A stretch of DNA of 64,000 bases from Piromyces finnis finn (GCA_002104945.1 MCFH01000029.1:62001-126000), one strand, 5' to 3'. Positions 1 through 18,104 are shown, counted from the first letter of the stretch. Translations and numbers: made by a program. The notes: a model not told the origin generated them from the sequence alone.

Positions 1-1023
1 CAAAATAAAAATATAGGAATTGAAATGAAAAGGAAACATACAATACTTGTTATGTCTAACATCTACTTTAAATAATTTGATTATAATAATTTATCATACA
101 ATACATATAAATTGAAAATAAAATTAAAATATTATCCATACCTTACATTACATACATATACATATTTATACATTGAATACATTATAATTCTTTGTTATTT
201 TTGTTATTTTTTCATTAAAGCTATAGGATTAGATTATATTAAAAAGGTTAGAGTATTTAAAAAAAAAACTTTTTTTTTTTGTTATTATTTTTGAACAAGA
301 AACAGAAATTGTTTGTTTGTTGTTGTTATTATTAAATGTTATATCATTATCAATATTGTATTTATTATATTTATTTATAATAATTATTAAACCATTTTAT
401 TATTTTTTTAGTATTACCAATATTAAAATTTTATTTTTAAAAAAAGTTTATTGAAAGGCATGTAATTACAACGAAATAGCATAAATATATTCATATAATA
501 TTAAAATTATTAAGATAATAATTTTAAGTAAAAATACATCAAGACTATCAAATAAATAAAAGAGATAATTGTAAATGAGTCCAAAGTAAGGTTATATACT
601 CAATTATAAATTTCATTTTTTTCTTTTTTTTTGTGATAAATATTACGAAAATAATAATATCAGTAATATTAAAAATTAAAATATTAATTACTTTATATTT
701 AATTATTATATGAGTAATAATCATTTCATGTATCATAACTATTTATATCTTCACATTTATATGAAAAACAACATGAAATATTCTTTTTTATTTATTTATT
801 AATTTTCAATACGAGTATTTTTTAATAACATTAAAAATATTAAAAAGTAACATTCTCTTAAAAATGTTATTTGACAACTATATGATTTGATATTTATTAT
901 CTATTTCTTATATAACTTTTGAAATTAGATTATTTAATAATAATAAAAGAAAAAATTATAATATTATTATCGTTTACAAAGTATTTTATTTTATAATTCA
1001 ATGTGTGTTGGTTTGATAAGTAT

Positions 1024-1041
1024 AACTAACCAACAACTAAA

Positions 1042-1108
<67 letters not shown>

Positions 1109-1117
1109 CTAACTAAC

Positions 1118-1164
<47 letters not shown>

Positions 1165-1293
1165 CTAACTAACTAACTAACTAATTAACTAACTAACTAA
1201 CTAACTAACTAAATAACTAAATAAATAAATAAATAAATAACTAACTAACTAACTAAATAAATAAATAAATAAATAACTAACTAACTAACTAAT

Positions 1294-1358
<65 letters not shown>

Positions 1359-1401
1359 AACTAACTAACTAACTAATTAACTAACTAACTAACTAACTAA
1401 C

Positions 1402-1476
<75 letters not shown>

Positions 1477-1505
1477 ATAAATAACTAAATAAATAAATAA
1501 ATAAA
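1024..1505. repeat. Compound tetranucleotide satellite (TAAC)n/(TAAA)n with TAAT interruptions
   Basis: About 480 bp of alternating TAAC and TAAA blocks, read directly. The sub-unit (TAAC)4-5 TAAT (TAAC)6-7 recurs about three times. Confidence 0.95.
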
Positions 1506-2179
1506 TATAATTTAAAATTAATTTTTTTTATTAGGAAAAATTTCACATTTAAAAAAAGCTATGTTACACAGAAACAAATTATAATATAATTTTTTTTAAA
1601 AATAATATAAATGAAATGAAAATTAGTTTCAAAGAAATCAAAAGTTGTAATTTAAAAAGGTAATTATAATATTTTATTTTGAAATGAAAAGATTAATTAG
1701 TATATATATTTAAGGAGTTATATATAAAATATTTAGACTTTATATGTTTGTTTCTTTTTTTATATTTACAATTCCATTTAAATTTTAAATTAATATACAA
1801 TTTTTAGAAAAAAGTTTGAATTATTAATTTGAAATTTCAAATTATAATGAATATATTTTTATTACATTATATATAATTATTTTTATTTTATTTTTGTATT
1901 GCTATTTTTATCCACTTTTTATTTCAACTAATATATTAGTGTTAGGTTTAAAATAGAATATATATTGTATATTTCATCTTTAATTTTAAGATTTTTTATT
2001 TTTTTTTTTAAATATTACATTTCTAAATCAAATTACAATTTAAAAAAGTCAAGATCAAAACTTTGTAAAATTTAAAAATTAACAATATTAAATAACATAT
2101 ACCATATATATTTAACATATCTATTATTATTTATAAAATTTATTTTTTTTTTATTTCTTATTCCTAAATTTATAATTTC

Positions 2180-4410
<2,231 letters not shown>

Positions 4411-4971
4411 AAAGACGAAGATAAATATAATAACAAAGAGTTTGTACCATTACATTTTGATGAAACAATAAAATTAGTCTTATTAGTTCAACAATTTAAT
4501 CCATTTTTTTTTTTAAACAGTATGGATTTGAAAAAAAAAAACATAAATATTATATATATAAATATAAAGCAGGTGCAACAACAATCAACAGAAAAATATA
4601 ACAAACATACAATAGAAATAATATTACCCTGACGATACTTCATTCTTATTTATTTTATAAATTTTATATTTTAAATATTTATTTATATCCATGGAAAATT
4701 ATAAAGTGTTATTATTTTTTTTTTTTAAAAAAGAGAAAAATTTCTCGTTTTAATTCTTTTATACAAAAATTAATATTTATCATTATAACTATGTAACTTT
4801 TAATTGTTTTATAGATTTTTATAAAATAGAACTAAGCAAATTTTTTTAAATATTCATATACCAAAAATCAAAATAAAACAATAAAGACATTTTCATTATT
4901 ATTTAAATATAAAATTTAAAATAAGTAAAAAACTTTTATTTACTGATTATATTCCAGAAGTTAATCATTGG

Positions 4972-5004
<33 letters not shown>

Positions 5005-5061
5005 ATATATTTATGTATAAAATGTACAATACTTTTTTTTTATGTTTTAAAACAAATGAAA

Positions 5062-5092
<31 letters not shown>

Positions 5093-5410
5093 AAATAAAA
5101 AGTATAAGTTTTATGATCTTTGTTTATATTTTATTTTGTATAATACTTAAAATCAATAACAATATTAATAATAAAAAGGTAAAAAAAAAAAAAAAAATGT
5201 TTTAGCGCTATATTAATTTTTTTTTTTTATAATTAGAAAATATTATATACAATATAAGCTTATAAATACCAGATTTATTTTAATATAAAATAATAAAAGA
5301 AAATAAAGGATTCTTAAAAAAAAAAAAAACTTTTTTTTTTTTTAAAAATCATTTGTATTTTTTCAATGTTTAATATAATATTAGAAATAAATCCATAATA
5401 ATGTATAATA

Positions 5411-5447
<37 letters not shown>

Positions 5448-5455
<8 letters not shown>

Positions 5456-5986
5456 ACCACGAGTGATTTAATACTTGGTCGATTGTTGGCCTTTTACTAC
5501 TATCTCTATTAGTCATCCAAATAATTAATTCTTTGCATTCTATATATAAATTATTTAATTTATGATAAGAAAGAAAAATAAAGAATTTATTATAATACTT
5601 AATTATTTAAATATTAAAAAAAAAAGTATATATATATAATAAATAATAGTATAATTTTTATAAAATTTCTAATTAATATTTTATTTTATTTTTTTATTAC
5701 CGTTAGAGATTGACTGTGGGAATGTCATTTTTTTTCTAATAATTTCATAATAGTCATTGAACGGGATAGCTTTGTAAATCATAGTATATAAAAGAATACC
5801 TAATGACCATATGTCTTGTGGAGGACCTTCATAAGTCATACCTTTGACAACTAATAATTTTATAATAATATTAAAAAAAAAAATTACTATATTTTTTATT
5901 CCTTATATAGTATATTGAATTAATAGTATAGAATGCTCATATATATATACTTTCTGGAGCCTAAAATAAATATATTACATATAATA

Positions 5987-6025
<39 letters not shown>

Positions 6026-7280
6026 CAAATTTAAATTTAAATCATTATTTATAAAGTAAAAATTTAAATTAAAAAAGTTTTTTTATTAACAAACTTACAG
6101 CAAATAAAAAACTTCCCACAAAATTACTTAATTTTTGATCTTTTTTATAAAAAGTACTTGAACCAAAATCAATTAATTGAATTTCTTTAGTTTGATAATT
6201 AATGAGAACATTTTCATCCTTTTTTTTTTAAGTTATAAAAGTTAAAAAAAAAAAATAATATTTTATAGTGTTAGAATTGATATTAAATTAATATATAATA
6301 TTAATCTATAAAGTATTAATATGGTATATTCTTATTAATATTTAGTCTATCTAACTCTCATTACTTTTATATCACGATGAACAATATGATTATGATGTAA
6401 AGTTTGGATAGCTTCTACTATATTTTTAAAAATTATTTTAGCTTCTTTTTCCGACATCATTTTATCCGTAGTTTTATCGATATAATCAAAAAGATCAGAA
6501 TTAAAATCTTCTGTGTCAGCAAATACTAAATAATAGTAAATAGAATCTTCCCAGTAAGCGATAAGCTTTGTTAAATTATTTGGAACATCTCCGTTAAATT
6601 TATCATAAAGATTTTGTAATACAGCTATTTCATTTGGAAATTTTTTGTAGGCATTATCATTACTGTAGGTCCAACATCCTCTTAATATTAATGATTTTAC
6701 AACATACTTTATAATCACTTTTTTTTGGGTTTGATTATGAATAGCATTTCTAACAAATCCACTGGAACCTTTTCCTAATTGTTTAGTAATTGTAAAATCG
6801 TTGATATCTTTTGATGTTCGAAGATTTTCGTAAATTCCCTTTTCTTTATAAAAATCACTATTTTTCATTTCCTTTTCAAATTCCTTAAAAGATATTGATC
6901 GACAATCTAAATTGGCACTTTTCAACATTAAAAGTAAATCTTTTTGATTTTTGTAGTTATGATCATTTTCGAAGAAGAGTAAAAGGATATTATCTTCTTT
7001 TTGTGAATCTAAATAATGCTTTGAATAGGATAAAATGTCGCTTGAGAAATGATTTACCCCAGAATGGGTAGTATAAGTAATACTAATAGAATTGGTAAAA
7101 TAGTTATCGTCTAATGATTTACTCTTGTCAAAGATTTTTTCGATTTCATGATTTTCACACTTAAATAAACTTTTATGATATATTTTTAATAAATTATAGG
7201 AGATAAACCACCATAATAAGAATATTTTCTTTTCCTTATCCGTATTACCATCTTTAATAAATAAAAGTTATACATATATT

Positions 7281-7317
<37 letters not shown>

Positions 7318-7901
7318 GTATTTTTAAATGTCAATTTTTTTTAATTAGTTTAAATAATTAATAATAACTTTAGTAATAACATATTAACATAATAATAATT
7401 AAAATACAATAAAAAAAAGTAATATATATATATATATATGTATATATTTACCTTTTTCAATATTTAATAATTCAAGGCAAAGGCATTGATGTAAATTAAG
7501 TGTATCCAATATAATATCATATTCATATTCGTATTTACCGTTTAAACGTTCAATACATTTGGTATATTTAGACAAGGCATTTAAATCGGCTGGAGATAAA
7601 CAAATAATACTATGATTTTTTTTGGTTTCGGTTTCAAAATTCTGAATCGTTTCTGAATCAAATTCTTTCAAGTATCTATAACGAATTTTGTAGCAGAGGT
7701 AGAAGGTCCAATTCCAAAAATGTTCAGACATTTTATTTTTTAGATTTTCTTGATTTTTACAATTATTTGGTTGATCTTTTACGATTTTTATGATATATAT
7801 TTTTGTATTTTAGGATATGAAATGTTATTATAAAAATACAAAAAATGTGTTACAGATATAGTATACATAAATAAATTAAAAAATAAATTGGTATTAAAGA
7901 G

Positions 7902-7951
<50 letters not shown>

Positions 7952-8542
7952 TACCTTTTAGATAATTTAACATGAGTTGATCTGAAAATGCAAGACAATT
8001 TAAAAATTTTTTTATTATATACATATTTTCACTATATATAAACATTAAATATTAATATTTAATAATAGTAAAAAAAAAAAAAATATTATAAAATATATGA
8101 AATTATTTTTTATTTTTACTCGTTTTCTTTATCATATGGATCAGATTTATTCATACATCTAATATGAAATAATTAATAATTAATAGTCAATATTTTTTTT
8201 TTAAAAATAAAATTATAAAAATTAAAATAAAAAAAAAAAAGAAATAATCATCATACTCATTCACTTCATCTACTGTAAGCACTTGTAATGGGATTTTGCT
8301 AATAAATGTTATCCATGATGGAAGAATAACTAATGAAATAAATAAAACAAATAAAACAAAAGCAAGAAAACAAACAAACAAATGAAAAAAAGATTATTAT
8401 TATTATATTATTATCTTGTATTTTCTATTTAATCATTATTTAAACTAAATTATGAAATTTATTATTTCTATTATATATAATTAGATTTATTATTTTAGCT
8501 ATTACCATTATTATTGTTTGCTGGGTTTAGTTGAACAACCAT
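5448..8542 (-). CDS. Ser/Thr protein kinase, PASK/PIM-like (CAMK group), with an unrecognised N-terminal region; about 10 exons
   Basis: Frame-consistent exon chain from ATG 8542 (MVVQLNPANNNN|VILPSW...). Catalytic motifs: LGKGSSGFV, VIIK, HRDIK|DENV, IDFGS, FA|APE|IVKG, DIWSLGILLY, RPTIDQVLNHSWLN* (stop 5448-5450). HRDIKDEN is typical of PIM/PASK kinases. Confidence 0.85.
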
Positions 8543-10930
8543 TTTTTTTTTCGTAATAATTAACTCTATTATTAGACTCTTCCTTTTTTATTATTATTAA
8601 TATATTACTATTTGATTTTAAATATTTTAATTCAATATATTTCTTATATGTATTTTTTTTTTTCTTTTGTATTTTATCAATGGCAAATTTGGTTAGATTT
8701 AATTTATTTTTTTTTTTAATTTCTTTTCTTTCCTTAATTAATATATGAACTTTTTAAAATTAAAAGAAAAGAGGAGAAAAAAAAGTGAATTGTTTAAGTG
8801 GGTTATATTTGGAAATATTTGATAAAGAGAAAAAAAAAAGAGGAATGGAATATATTAATTGAAATATATAATAAAAAGGTTTACTAGTTTTTTTTTCATA
8901 TAGTATATATATATATTATCTTTTTGATTTTTTTTTCTTATATAATATTATGAGTTACTAAGTTATTGATTGATAATGGAATGATGGTAATTTAAATGTA
9001 TGTATATGTGTGTATGATGATGATAATGGCAATTGATGAGGTGATAATGTGATTTTTCTTTTAAAAAATTATATTTTAAAAAGAAAAATGTATGGATAGG
9101 GAAAAAGGGAAATGTGATGGAATTTTTTAAAAGAAATATGATATGGTTTAACTTAGAACTAATAACTTTTTCTTTTCTTTTCTTTCCTTTTTTTTTTTTT
9201 TTTCTTTATACTTGTTTTTTCTTTTCTTTTTTCTTTTCTCTATTTCTTGAATTTAAATATTACAAAGTATTGTTCGCTTTCCCTTTTTTTTTTTAATTAT
9301 TATAATTTAAAATTAGAAAAGTAATATTGATTGATACTTAATATTGAATGATATTTTTAAAATAAAAGCTTGTAAAAAAAAAAAATGATATGATGATAAA
9401 AAATTAAAATATGGTTGAAAATTGTTGTACTATATTATTAAAAGAAAAAAAAGTTAAAGTTATGTTATATAATACAAAAATAAAAAAAAAAATAAAAATA
9501 AAAATAAATAAAAATAAGAATATAATGTATAATGGTATATTAAATAAAAATTAATTAATAATGTGTCAGGTATTAGGTATAATAAGTTTTAATATTATTA
9601 TTTTTTCTTTATATCAATGTTTTGTAATACGCTTATGAGCCTCTTCTGAAAATTATAATATATATATATATTAAATAGATAGGATGATATTTTATCTATA
9701 TATATATATATAAAAGTATTGAATGTATATAAAAAATTATTTAAAAATACCATATAATAAAATAAATAAATAATAATAATAATAATAAAAAAAAAAAAAA
9801 AAAAAAAAAAAAGAAAGGATTTATTAAAAATAATTATAAAGTAACATACCTATTATTATTATTTTCTTTACATTTAATTATGAAAAAGTAATGTTCAAAA
9901 TTAAATTCAATTATTTAATTCTTTTTTTTTTTTTTCTTCTTTTTTTCTTTTTTTTTTCTTCTTTTTTTCTTTTTTCTTTCTTTCTTTTTTTTTTTTTTTT
10001 AATTATTATTATTTTTATTTTTTTTTTATTTTCTAAATCAATGTGAACAATGATACTTTAGATAATTAATATTTATGTATTTTTTTGTAATAATTAAAAA
10101 AGCTGGTTTAATTATTTATACCAAGATACCAAAAAATATTACTTATAGAAAGTATTATTTATTTTTTTTAAATTGCAGTATTTTTTTTTTTTGAAATTTA
10201 GTTGCTTCAAATGAACCTTTTATTTTTTTTTTAAAGAGGTTATTATTTCTCTTTTATAATACAATTATTCCAAAAAGGTAATAAAAACAATGAATCGTTA
10301 AAATATAAATATTATATAATTTAACTTGGTTGCCTATTTATTATATAAAAAGCAAAGGATAAAAAAATCTAAACAAAAAAAAAAAGCAAATTTTTTTTTT
10401 TATTTTCTTCTTTTATTTTATCTTTCCTTTTTACAATAATATAATATAATTCTCTTGTTATATTAAAGGCAAAGGATACTATTTCATTGAAGATTGTTCG
10501 TCTGTTAATTTTATTTAATGATTCTTTTTATTTATTTATTTTTATTAGAACAAAGAAAATTTCTTTTTTATTTAAGTGTAAAGCCAAACTTTTAAAAAAA
10601 AATTAATTATACTGTTTCACTTTTTTTTAATCAATAATTTTTTTAAACTTTAATTAAATATTGAATTAATAAATTTTAATTAATAATAATTTTTTTTTCT
10701 TTATTTTTTTTGATAGAATATAAAAATTAAAAAAAAATTATTTGTTTTTTTTTTTTTACCAGAAAATTTAAAGTTTATTGAATGTATTGTAATATGTTAT
10801 AGACATATATTATTTAATTAAAATTTAAAATAAAATAAAGAAAAAATTACAGATTTTAAATTAAATTATTAATAAGGGAAAATCGAACAATGAAAATAAT
10901 AAATTGACATTTTCTATTATTAAATATAAA

Positions 10931-11090
<160 letters not shown>

Positions 11091-11997
11091 TTTAATATTA
11101 CTCTAATTAGTATAAAAAAAAAAAAAAGAGAAAGAAATTAATAAACAATTTATTATATTAAATTGTAGTTTATTAAAAAGTTAAAAAGTTAGAATAGGGC
11201 AAAATAAACCATTCTGTTTTTTTTATTAAAAATATTTACACTTTTCATAATTATATATTTAGTATTATTAAAAAAAAAGTTTTATCTATACTAAATAAAT
11301 AATAATATTTATTTATAACTTTTATATATATTTTTACTACTATTAATTATATTCTAGTACACTTAAATTGAAGTATTTGATATATTAAAAAAAATATTAA
11401 ATTTAAAAAAAAAAAAAAAATCCAAACTTTTTACAAGAAGTTTTAGGTTTGATAAAAAAGTAAAAAGAATTAATAATTGATCATTAAAAAGTCAATGATA
11501 TTTATATTTTAAATATTATTGTTATTATTTTTTAAAAAAGAATAATTTATAATTCATTTACTCATTTACTTATTTTATTTATACTTTATGTTTTGTTGAG
11601 TATAAATGAATATAGATTTATATCTTATATATTTTATCATAATTATTATTCTATTATTTCATTATTTTATTTCTAAAATAAAAAATACATTTTTTTTTTT
11701 TTTTTTTTTTTTTTTAGTATCCTTATTTAATGATTTTATACTTTTATATATATATATATATAGATATAATGAAAAAATAAAATAATATTATTTAACAAAA
11801 ACCATAAATTCTTTTTTCTTTTTTCTTTGAATAATGTATATTTTAATGAATTGTTAATGATAATAATGATGTTGCTGCTATTTTTGTTCTATTTTTATTT
11901 ATTTTTAAATACTAATTATTTTAGTTTTGATTTGTTTTAATTTTATTTTATTTTTTTTAAACTTTTGATATTATTTTGAGTTTGATTTCAAAAGTAA

Positions 11998-12205
11998 TTA
12001 ATTAATAATCTTAAAGTAAACATCATTTGGTTGATAACTTTTTGGAAGTTCAAATAAATCATCTGTTATTTTAGTCTCATCAGTATGAACATTTTTAAAT
12101 TTAACTTTTGCAAAAACAGTAGCCATTATTGGAATTTCTATGATATTAAAAAATATATATATATAAAATAATTTAATATACAAATAGATAATGCATAAAA
12201 ATTTA

Positions 12206-12251
<46 letters not shown>

Positions 12252-14758
12252 GTTTCAAAAATAATAATAATAATAATAAAAACATCTTTTTTTTTTAAAT
12301 TCAATTATTCCATTATTTTTTACCTATCTTTCCTGGGAAATGATCTTTTCCGGATAAACTATTTATAATTTGATCAACGTATTTTTTTGTATTTAATTCT
12401 TCTTCTGGATTTGTAGAGGTAAAAGATAATAAATATTCTAGTAAAGGAGCAAATTGTGAAAGACTTACTGGATAATCCTCATCACATTTACACATAAAGA
12501 ATTTAACTTTTTGTTTATATATATGTTGATCATATTCAACATTAATTTTTCTACCCATATGAAGAGGTCCTTTTGCTGCTCTAATATATTCCTGGAATGA
12601 CATATCTTGTTTTTCCCAATATTTATTTTGGGGTTCACTGACAACTTCACGAATACGCTCAATATTTGGATTAGAATTAACAAGACTACTAAGGGTACTA
12701 CTATTATTATTGTATTTTTCTGTTGATAATTTTGTATTACTATTATTATTACTGGCCATAATGGTACTATGACTTACAAATTTGCTTGTATTAAATGATT
12801 CAACGGATTTAGTTTCAATATTAGTAGTAGTATTACTCTTTAACGACATAACGGATGGAGTTGGTCCTAAGGTTTTTGGCGTTTCAAGAAGTAAACCATC
12901 AATATTTTCATTATCTATATCTTCTAAATATTGTTCAATATGTTTATTTAAAAATTCTATATCCTTCTTTTGTAATGGATTATCATTTTCATCTTTACCC
13001 GTAATTAACATATGTGTGATTTGTTCTTTCGTTTTATTATTTAGTGGACCCTTTCCATTATTTAACATTTCTATAATACTATTTTGATTATTATCTTTAT
13101 CTTTTTTGATATCTTCTTCAGAAAAAGATGATTCATATCCTTCTTCTTCCTCATCACTATCCATATTATCCGAATCATACATATCATCATTACTAGGGAG
13201 TTTTGACGAAGTAGAAGTATTTGTTTCACTTGTATTTTTTTGTATTTTTTTCTTATGAATAATTTTTGTTTTTACAAGTGAACTTGGTCTATCGCCAATT
13301 AATCTTTCATTTAATCTTTCCTGAGTATTTAATATAACATTGGTTAATTTATAAACATCTGCTTTAACAGATCTACTATTAAGTTGAACGGATTTTGATT
13401 TACTAAATAATCTTTTATTTTTCTTTTTAATTTGAATATCTTTTAAATTTAAATCAAATGAAATAATACTTGATGCATTACAATATTGAGAAACAAAATC
13501 GTATAATGACCATGAAGGAATATTTGGGAAAATTTCTTGGAAAGTCTTTTTTTCATGATCAAGAATATGAATAACAGGTAATTCTTAAAAGGTTAATTTT
13601 ATTTTTATAAAATAAATTTAATTTAGTTTATGTATTACGAAATATTTACACACAAATAAAAAAATAAAAAATAAAAATTTATAAAATCATAAAAATATGT
13701 GCCTAAATTAAAAAATAATAATAATAAAAAAAAAAAGACATAAATCTTTATAGATCAACAAACAACATGAAATAATGACAAACAAACAACAAAATGATTC
13801 TATTATATATATATAAGAATAGTACCTTCATTTGGTAGCATATTAATAATAATACTCATATTTCCTTTTAAGAACTTTGGAATGGATCTTCTGTCTAAAC
13901 CAATTGTATGGAAATCAATTCTAAATTTTGATTCCTTTTTATATATAGTTATTAAATCTCTTGGACATATTTTTGCTAATAATGGAACTAGTTTTTTTGG
14001 AGGGAGGAAAGTGAATAAAAACAAAAAAAAAAAAAAATTATCGATATTAATAAAAATTATCATACTAAATTTAAAAAAGAATATGGTATAATTTTTTTTA
14101 ATAATATACCTGGACTTCTAAATGACAAAGCGACTTGTGTTTGGAAACATGGAAGTGTCTATATAAAAAAAGAAATTTAAAATGAAATAATTATTTAATT
14201 TATTCTCATATCAACAAAACTATTAATGATTACAAATATTAATTGAAGAAAAGGAATGATGCTTATTTTCTAGGGAAAAAAAAAAATACCTTGTTAAATT
14301 GTTCTAATAAACCATCTGGTCCAAGACACTTTTTAACCGCATTTGTCCATTTTTGAATTATTAATTTTTCTATTAAATCAATATCACCAATTCTATATTT
14401 TAATTATAATTAGTTTAAATGATTAATTTTTTAATATTAAAAACTATATAAAAAACATTCTCATTCTTATTTTTAGTATTGCTATTAATTATGATAAAAC
14501 TAGTATAGAATATTACAATGACGCTTCATCCAAACAAGACCATCCAAAACCATTTTTAATAGAAGTATCTGCACCAGTATCGATTAATTTTTGAGCACAG
14601 TTTCTTCTATCAAGCATTAATGCTAATTGTAATGCCGTATTTCCATGTGTATCTTTCTTATTTATAATTTTTTGTATGTTTGGTTGTTGTAAAAAAAGAA
14701 AGAGATTGACATAGTCATCGTTATAAATATATTTGTGTAATGTGTAATCCTCAACCAT
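11998..14758 (-). CDS. ANKRD13-family ankyrin-repeat protein (ankyrin repeats plus GPCR-chaperone-like domain); multi-exon
   Basis: Exon 1 has ankyrin repeats (LHKYIYNDD...DTHGNTALQLALMLDRRNCAQKLIDTGADTSIKNGFGWSCLDEAS). Middle exons include VPLLAKICPRDLITIYKKESKFRIDF. C-terminus FPGKI|EIPIMATVFAKVKF...LFELPKSY is characteristic of ANKRD13. No UIMs seen, so ANKRD13C-like. Confidence 0.8.
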
Positions 14759-15816
14759 TTTATTGTTAATTTTTAAATTTAAAATATAGAAATATATATA
14801 TCTAAAAAAAAATAAAATAAAATAAATATAAATATAAATTATATTAATTCTTCTTATTATTATTATTTTCGTTGTTTTTTAACTATAAAGTTTTTAAAAT
14901 TTAATTTATAACAAAAAAAAAAAGAAAGAAAGAAATTTATCTCTCACAATCAAGATAAGTATAGACAACTATTAAATTCTCAAATAACATCATATCTTTC
15001 TAGTTGAATAATAATGTTAATTCTAAATATTGAAGAATTATTGAATAAAGTCTTAAAATATTTTATTTTTTTTTTTTATATATATATTTTCAATTATCAA
15101 ATAAACTATTATTGGGTATAAAATAGTGTGATATATATAATATATATAATGAATTTTTAAAAAATATAATAGTGTGATATTCAAATTCCAAAGTTTTTTT
15201 TTTTTTTAAAAAAAGTAATAACAATAAAATATAAAAAATAAATTATGATTGATTGTGTTCTTATTATTACATAATAAAAAAAATATCTAAGCCAAATTGA
15301 TATTGATAAACATTATTATTAACCTTTAACTTTTAAACTGTTTTACAAGAATATATAATAAATATTTAATAATATTTTATGTTAAATTTGTTTGTTTTTT
15401 TTTCCTCTTTTGTACAATTGATATACTTTTTTTAACAAAATTTTCTCATGTCAAAACACTAAAATGAAAACTCTAATTTTTATTAGTTGAAATTTACCTT
15501 TGTTTTTTTTTTAAATAAACATATATATATATATCAATATGTATGATAATAAAATATATTTTTATATATTTACCTTTTGTATTGATTTCTGCTTTTTTGT
15601 TATTTAATTTTTTTCTTGTATTGTACTTTTTTTTTTTTTCCTCTTTGTTTAATTTTGTTAATTTAAGAAAAAAAATATATTGTTTTTTACTAGTATATAA
15701 AAAAGTGTCGTGACTATAATACAATGATATCTAGAATGAAAAGATTTCTTTTTTTTTTTTCTTTTTATTTATTTTTTATATAAATAAAAATCGTATATAG
15801 ACAAAAATTGAATTTG

Positions 15817-15854
<38 letters not shown>

Positions 15855-18104
15855 TAAAATAATATACAAGTTAATTTTCAAAGGTTTATTGAATTATGGT
15901 TTTTGTAAAATAAAAAATAAAAAAAAAAAAAGCATTTCTTTTAGGTATTTTTTTTTTTTTTCGAAACAAAATTAATAATTAAAAAATTAATAATATAAAT
16001 TAATTTTAATAAACCATAATTAATATAATTTTAAATTATGAAAAAAGCTTGAAAACTCGATGCTCTTTATTTTTTATTATTCTTTATTTTGTTTTGTTTA
16101 TGGTATAATAATAATAAAAAAAACCATTTTAGAAACAATAGAGTAATAATATAAAATAAAAAATAAATGATTTTAATATTTATATTTATTAAACAATAAA
16201 TAAAGAAATCATCATTTTATTTTTTTTTAGTGAATTAGATTTGATACCTTTTTTTAAACCTAATAAATACTTAAATTAAAATAATATATTCTATATTAAT
16301 TCCTTTCATTTATTTTTGTGGAATGATGAAAAAATGGCCCATCACCACGATTCTTTTTTTTTTTTGATTTAATTACTATTCCTTTATTTTTATTATTAGT
16401 TTATTTAAAATCACCTATCCTTTATGATTATTCTTTATTTCAAGATTATAACTACACCTTAATCAGATTTTTATCAATATTTAATAATGATAATAGAAAA
16501 AAGAAAAAAAAAAAATCCTTTTTTTTTTTATGACTATAAATAATTCAACCAAAGTTTATGGTATAACTGAAGAGATCCTTTTGCTACTTTCATAGCTAAA
16601 ATTCATTATTGAAATTAGTTTTAATTAATAAAAACCAATCAAGAGATGTATTTTATTATAATATATATTGCATAATATATTGCAATATAATGATAATAGT
16701 TTATAGTATTTAATTTTTAATGTAATACAAAATGAAAATAAATTAAATTTCCTTTTTTTAACTTTAAATAGTAATAATTAAAAAATAAGTATCTTTATAA
16801 ATTAATTTTAAATCTAATCCGTAATACAAAAAGCAGAATAAAATATTAATGTAGTTTATTTTAACAAAATTATAATTATTAACAATAAATAATAAAATGC
16901 GTGCATTTTAATCTTTTTTTATAATAAAAAAAGAAATATAGATACAATGTTCTATTTTTTTTTTTGCATAAAAGAAGATAAAATATCATTTTTTTTATTT
17001 TTGTCAAATCTTTACAATAGATGATCATAAAATATTAGGTTACACAAAGTCAACAAATTTTTTGATATTAAAAGTCAATAAAAATGAAGTCTTAAAAATG
17101 AAAAAAGTATAAAAAGTAGCATTTAAAGTTTTTTTTATAAACCAAAAATAATAATAATAATAATAATAATATATGTATATATATATATAGAAAGAAAGAG
17201 AAATAAATAAAATTATTTTTGAATTTTACCCTTCTTCATTATACCTATTTTTATTAAATAAAAAAAAAAATTGTTACACCAAAAATAAATCTAAATAAGA
17301 TAAATTTTAACTTTTGAATCTACTTTATAAAAACTCTTAATCATCCTAAATTTCATTACTTTTCTTAAACGATATTTATATTAAACTATAAAAGAAGGGG
17401 TAGGAGAAATGGTGTAAATATCAGAGTTATTATTAATTTTCTTAAAATAAAAAAAACTTTCTCGTCATAATGAATTTTTATTTTTCTAGTGTTAAATTTT
17501 ATTTTTTTTTCTTTAAAAAAAAAAAAGTAAAATATTATTTGAATATTATATTAATATAAATGTATTTAATATCATAAATACTATAATACATTGCTATTGC
17601 GTTTCTTGTTAAATTAAAAAATATGAAAATAATAAGAGTTAAAAAAAAAAAAAAGTATATGTATATATTCTTTCTATTTATCTTTTTTTTTTTTGTCTTC
17701 TTTTCTCTCTCTTATTTTTCTAATTCTTTTTTTTTTTTTTCTATTATTTTAATAAAAATAAAATAATAAAGAGGTGTGTTTCTTAAAAAACAACTTATAA
17801 TAATATAATTAAATTATTGTAATAAATATATATAGATGACTTATATATTAAACTTTAGATAAAAAGAAAAAATAAGAGAATTAAATAAATGGATAAAAAA
17901 AATAAAATAAAATAAAAAGAATAAAATTAAACAAACGCTAATATTATCTTTACAAAAAAAGAAAAAATTAAAAAGATAATAAAAATAAAAAAATTAAAGA
18001 AAAGAAAATGAATATAATATAATACATATATATAACATTTATATCCCTTCTCTTTTTTTTTTCTTCCTTTAATTTTTAATGTATATCACGCATTATTATC
18101 CAAT

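Noticed and set aside
16320-16570. Possible C/D snoRNA (ATGATGA near 16322, CTGA near 16567)
   Set aside because: Boxes are too far apart, there is no terminal stem or guide complementarity, and such motifs arise by chance in AT-rich DNA.
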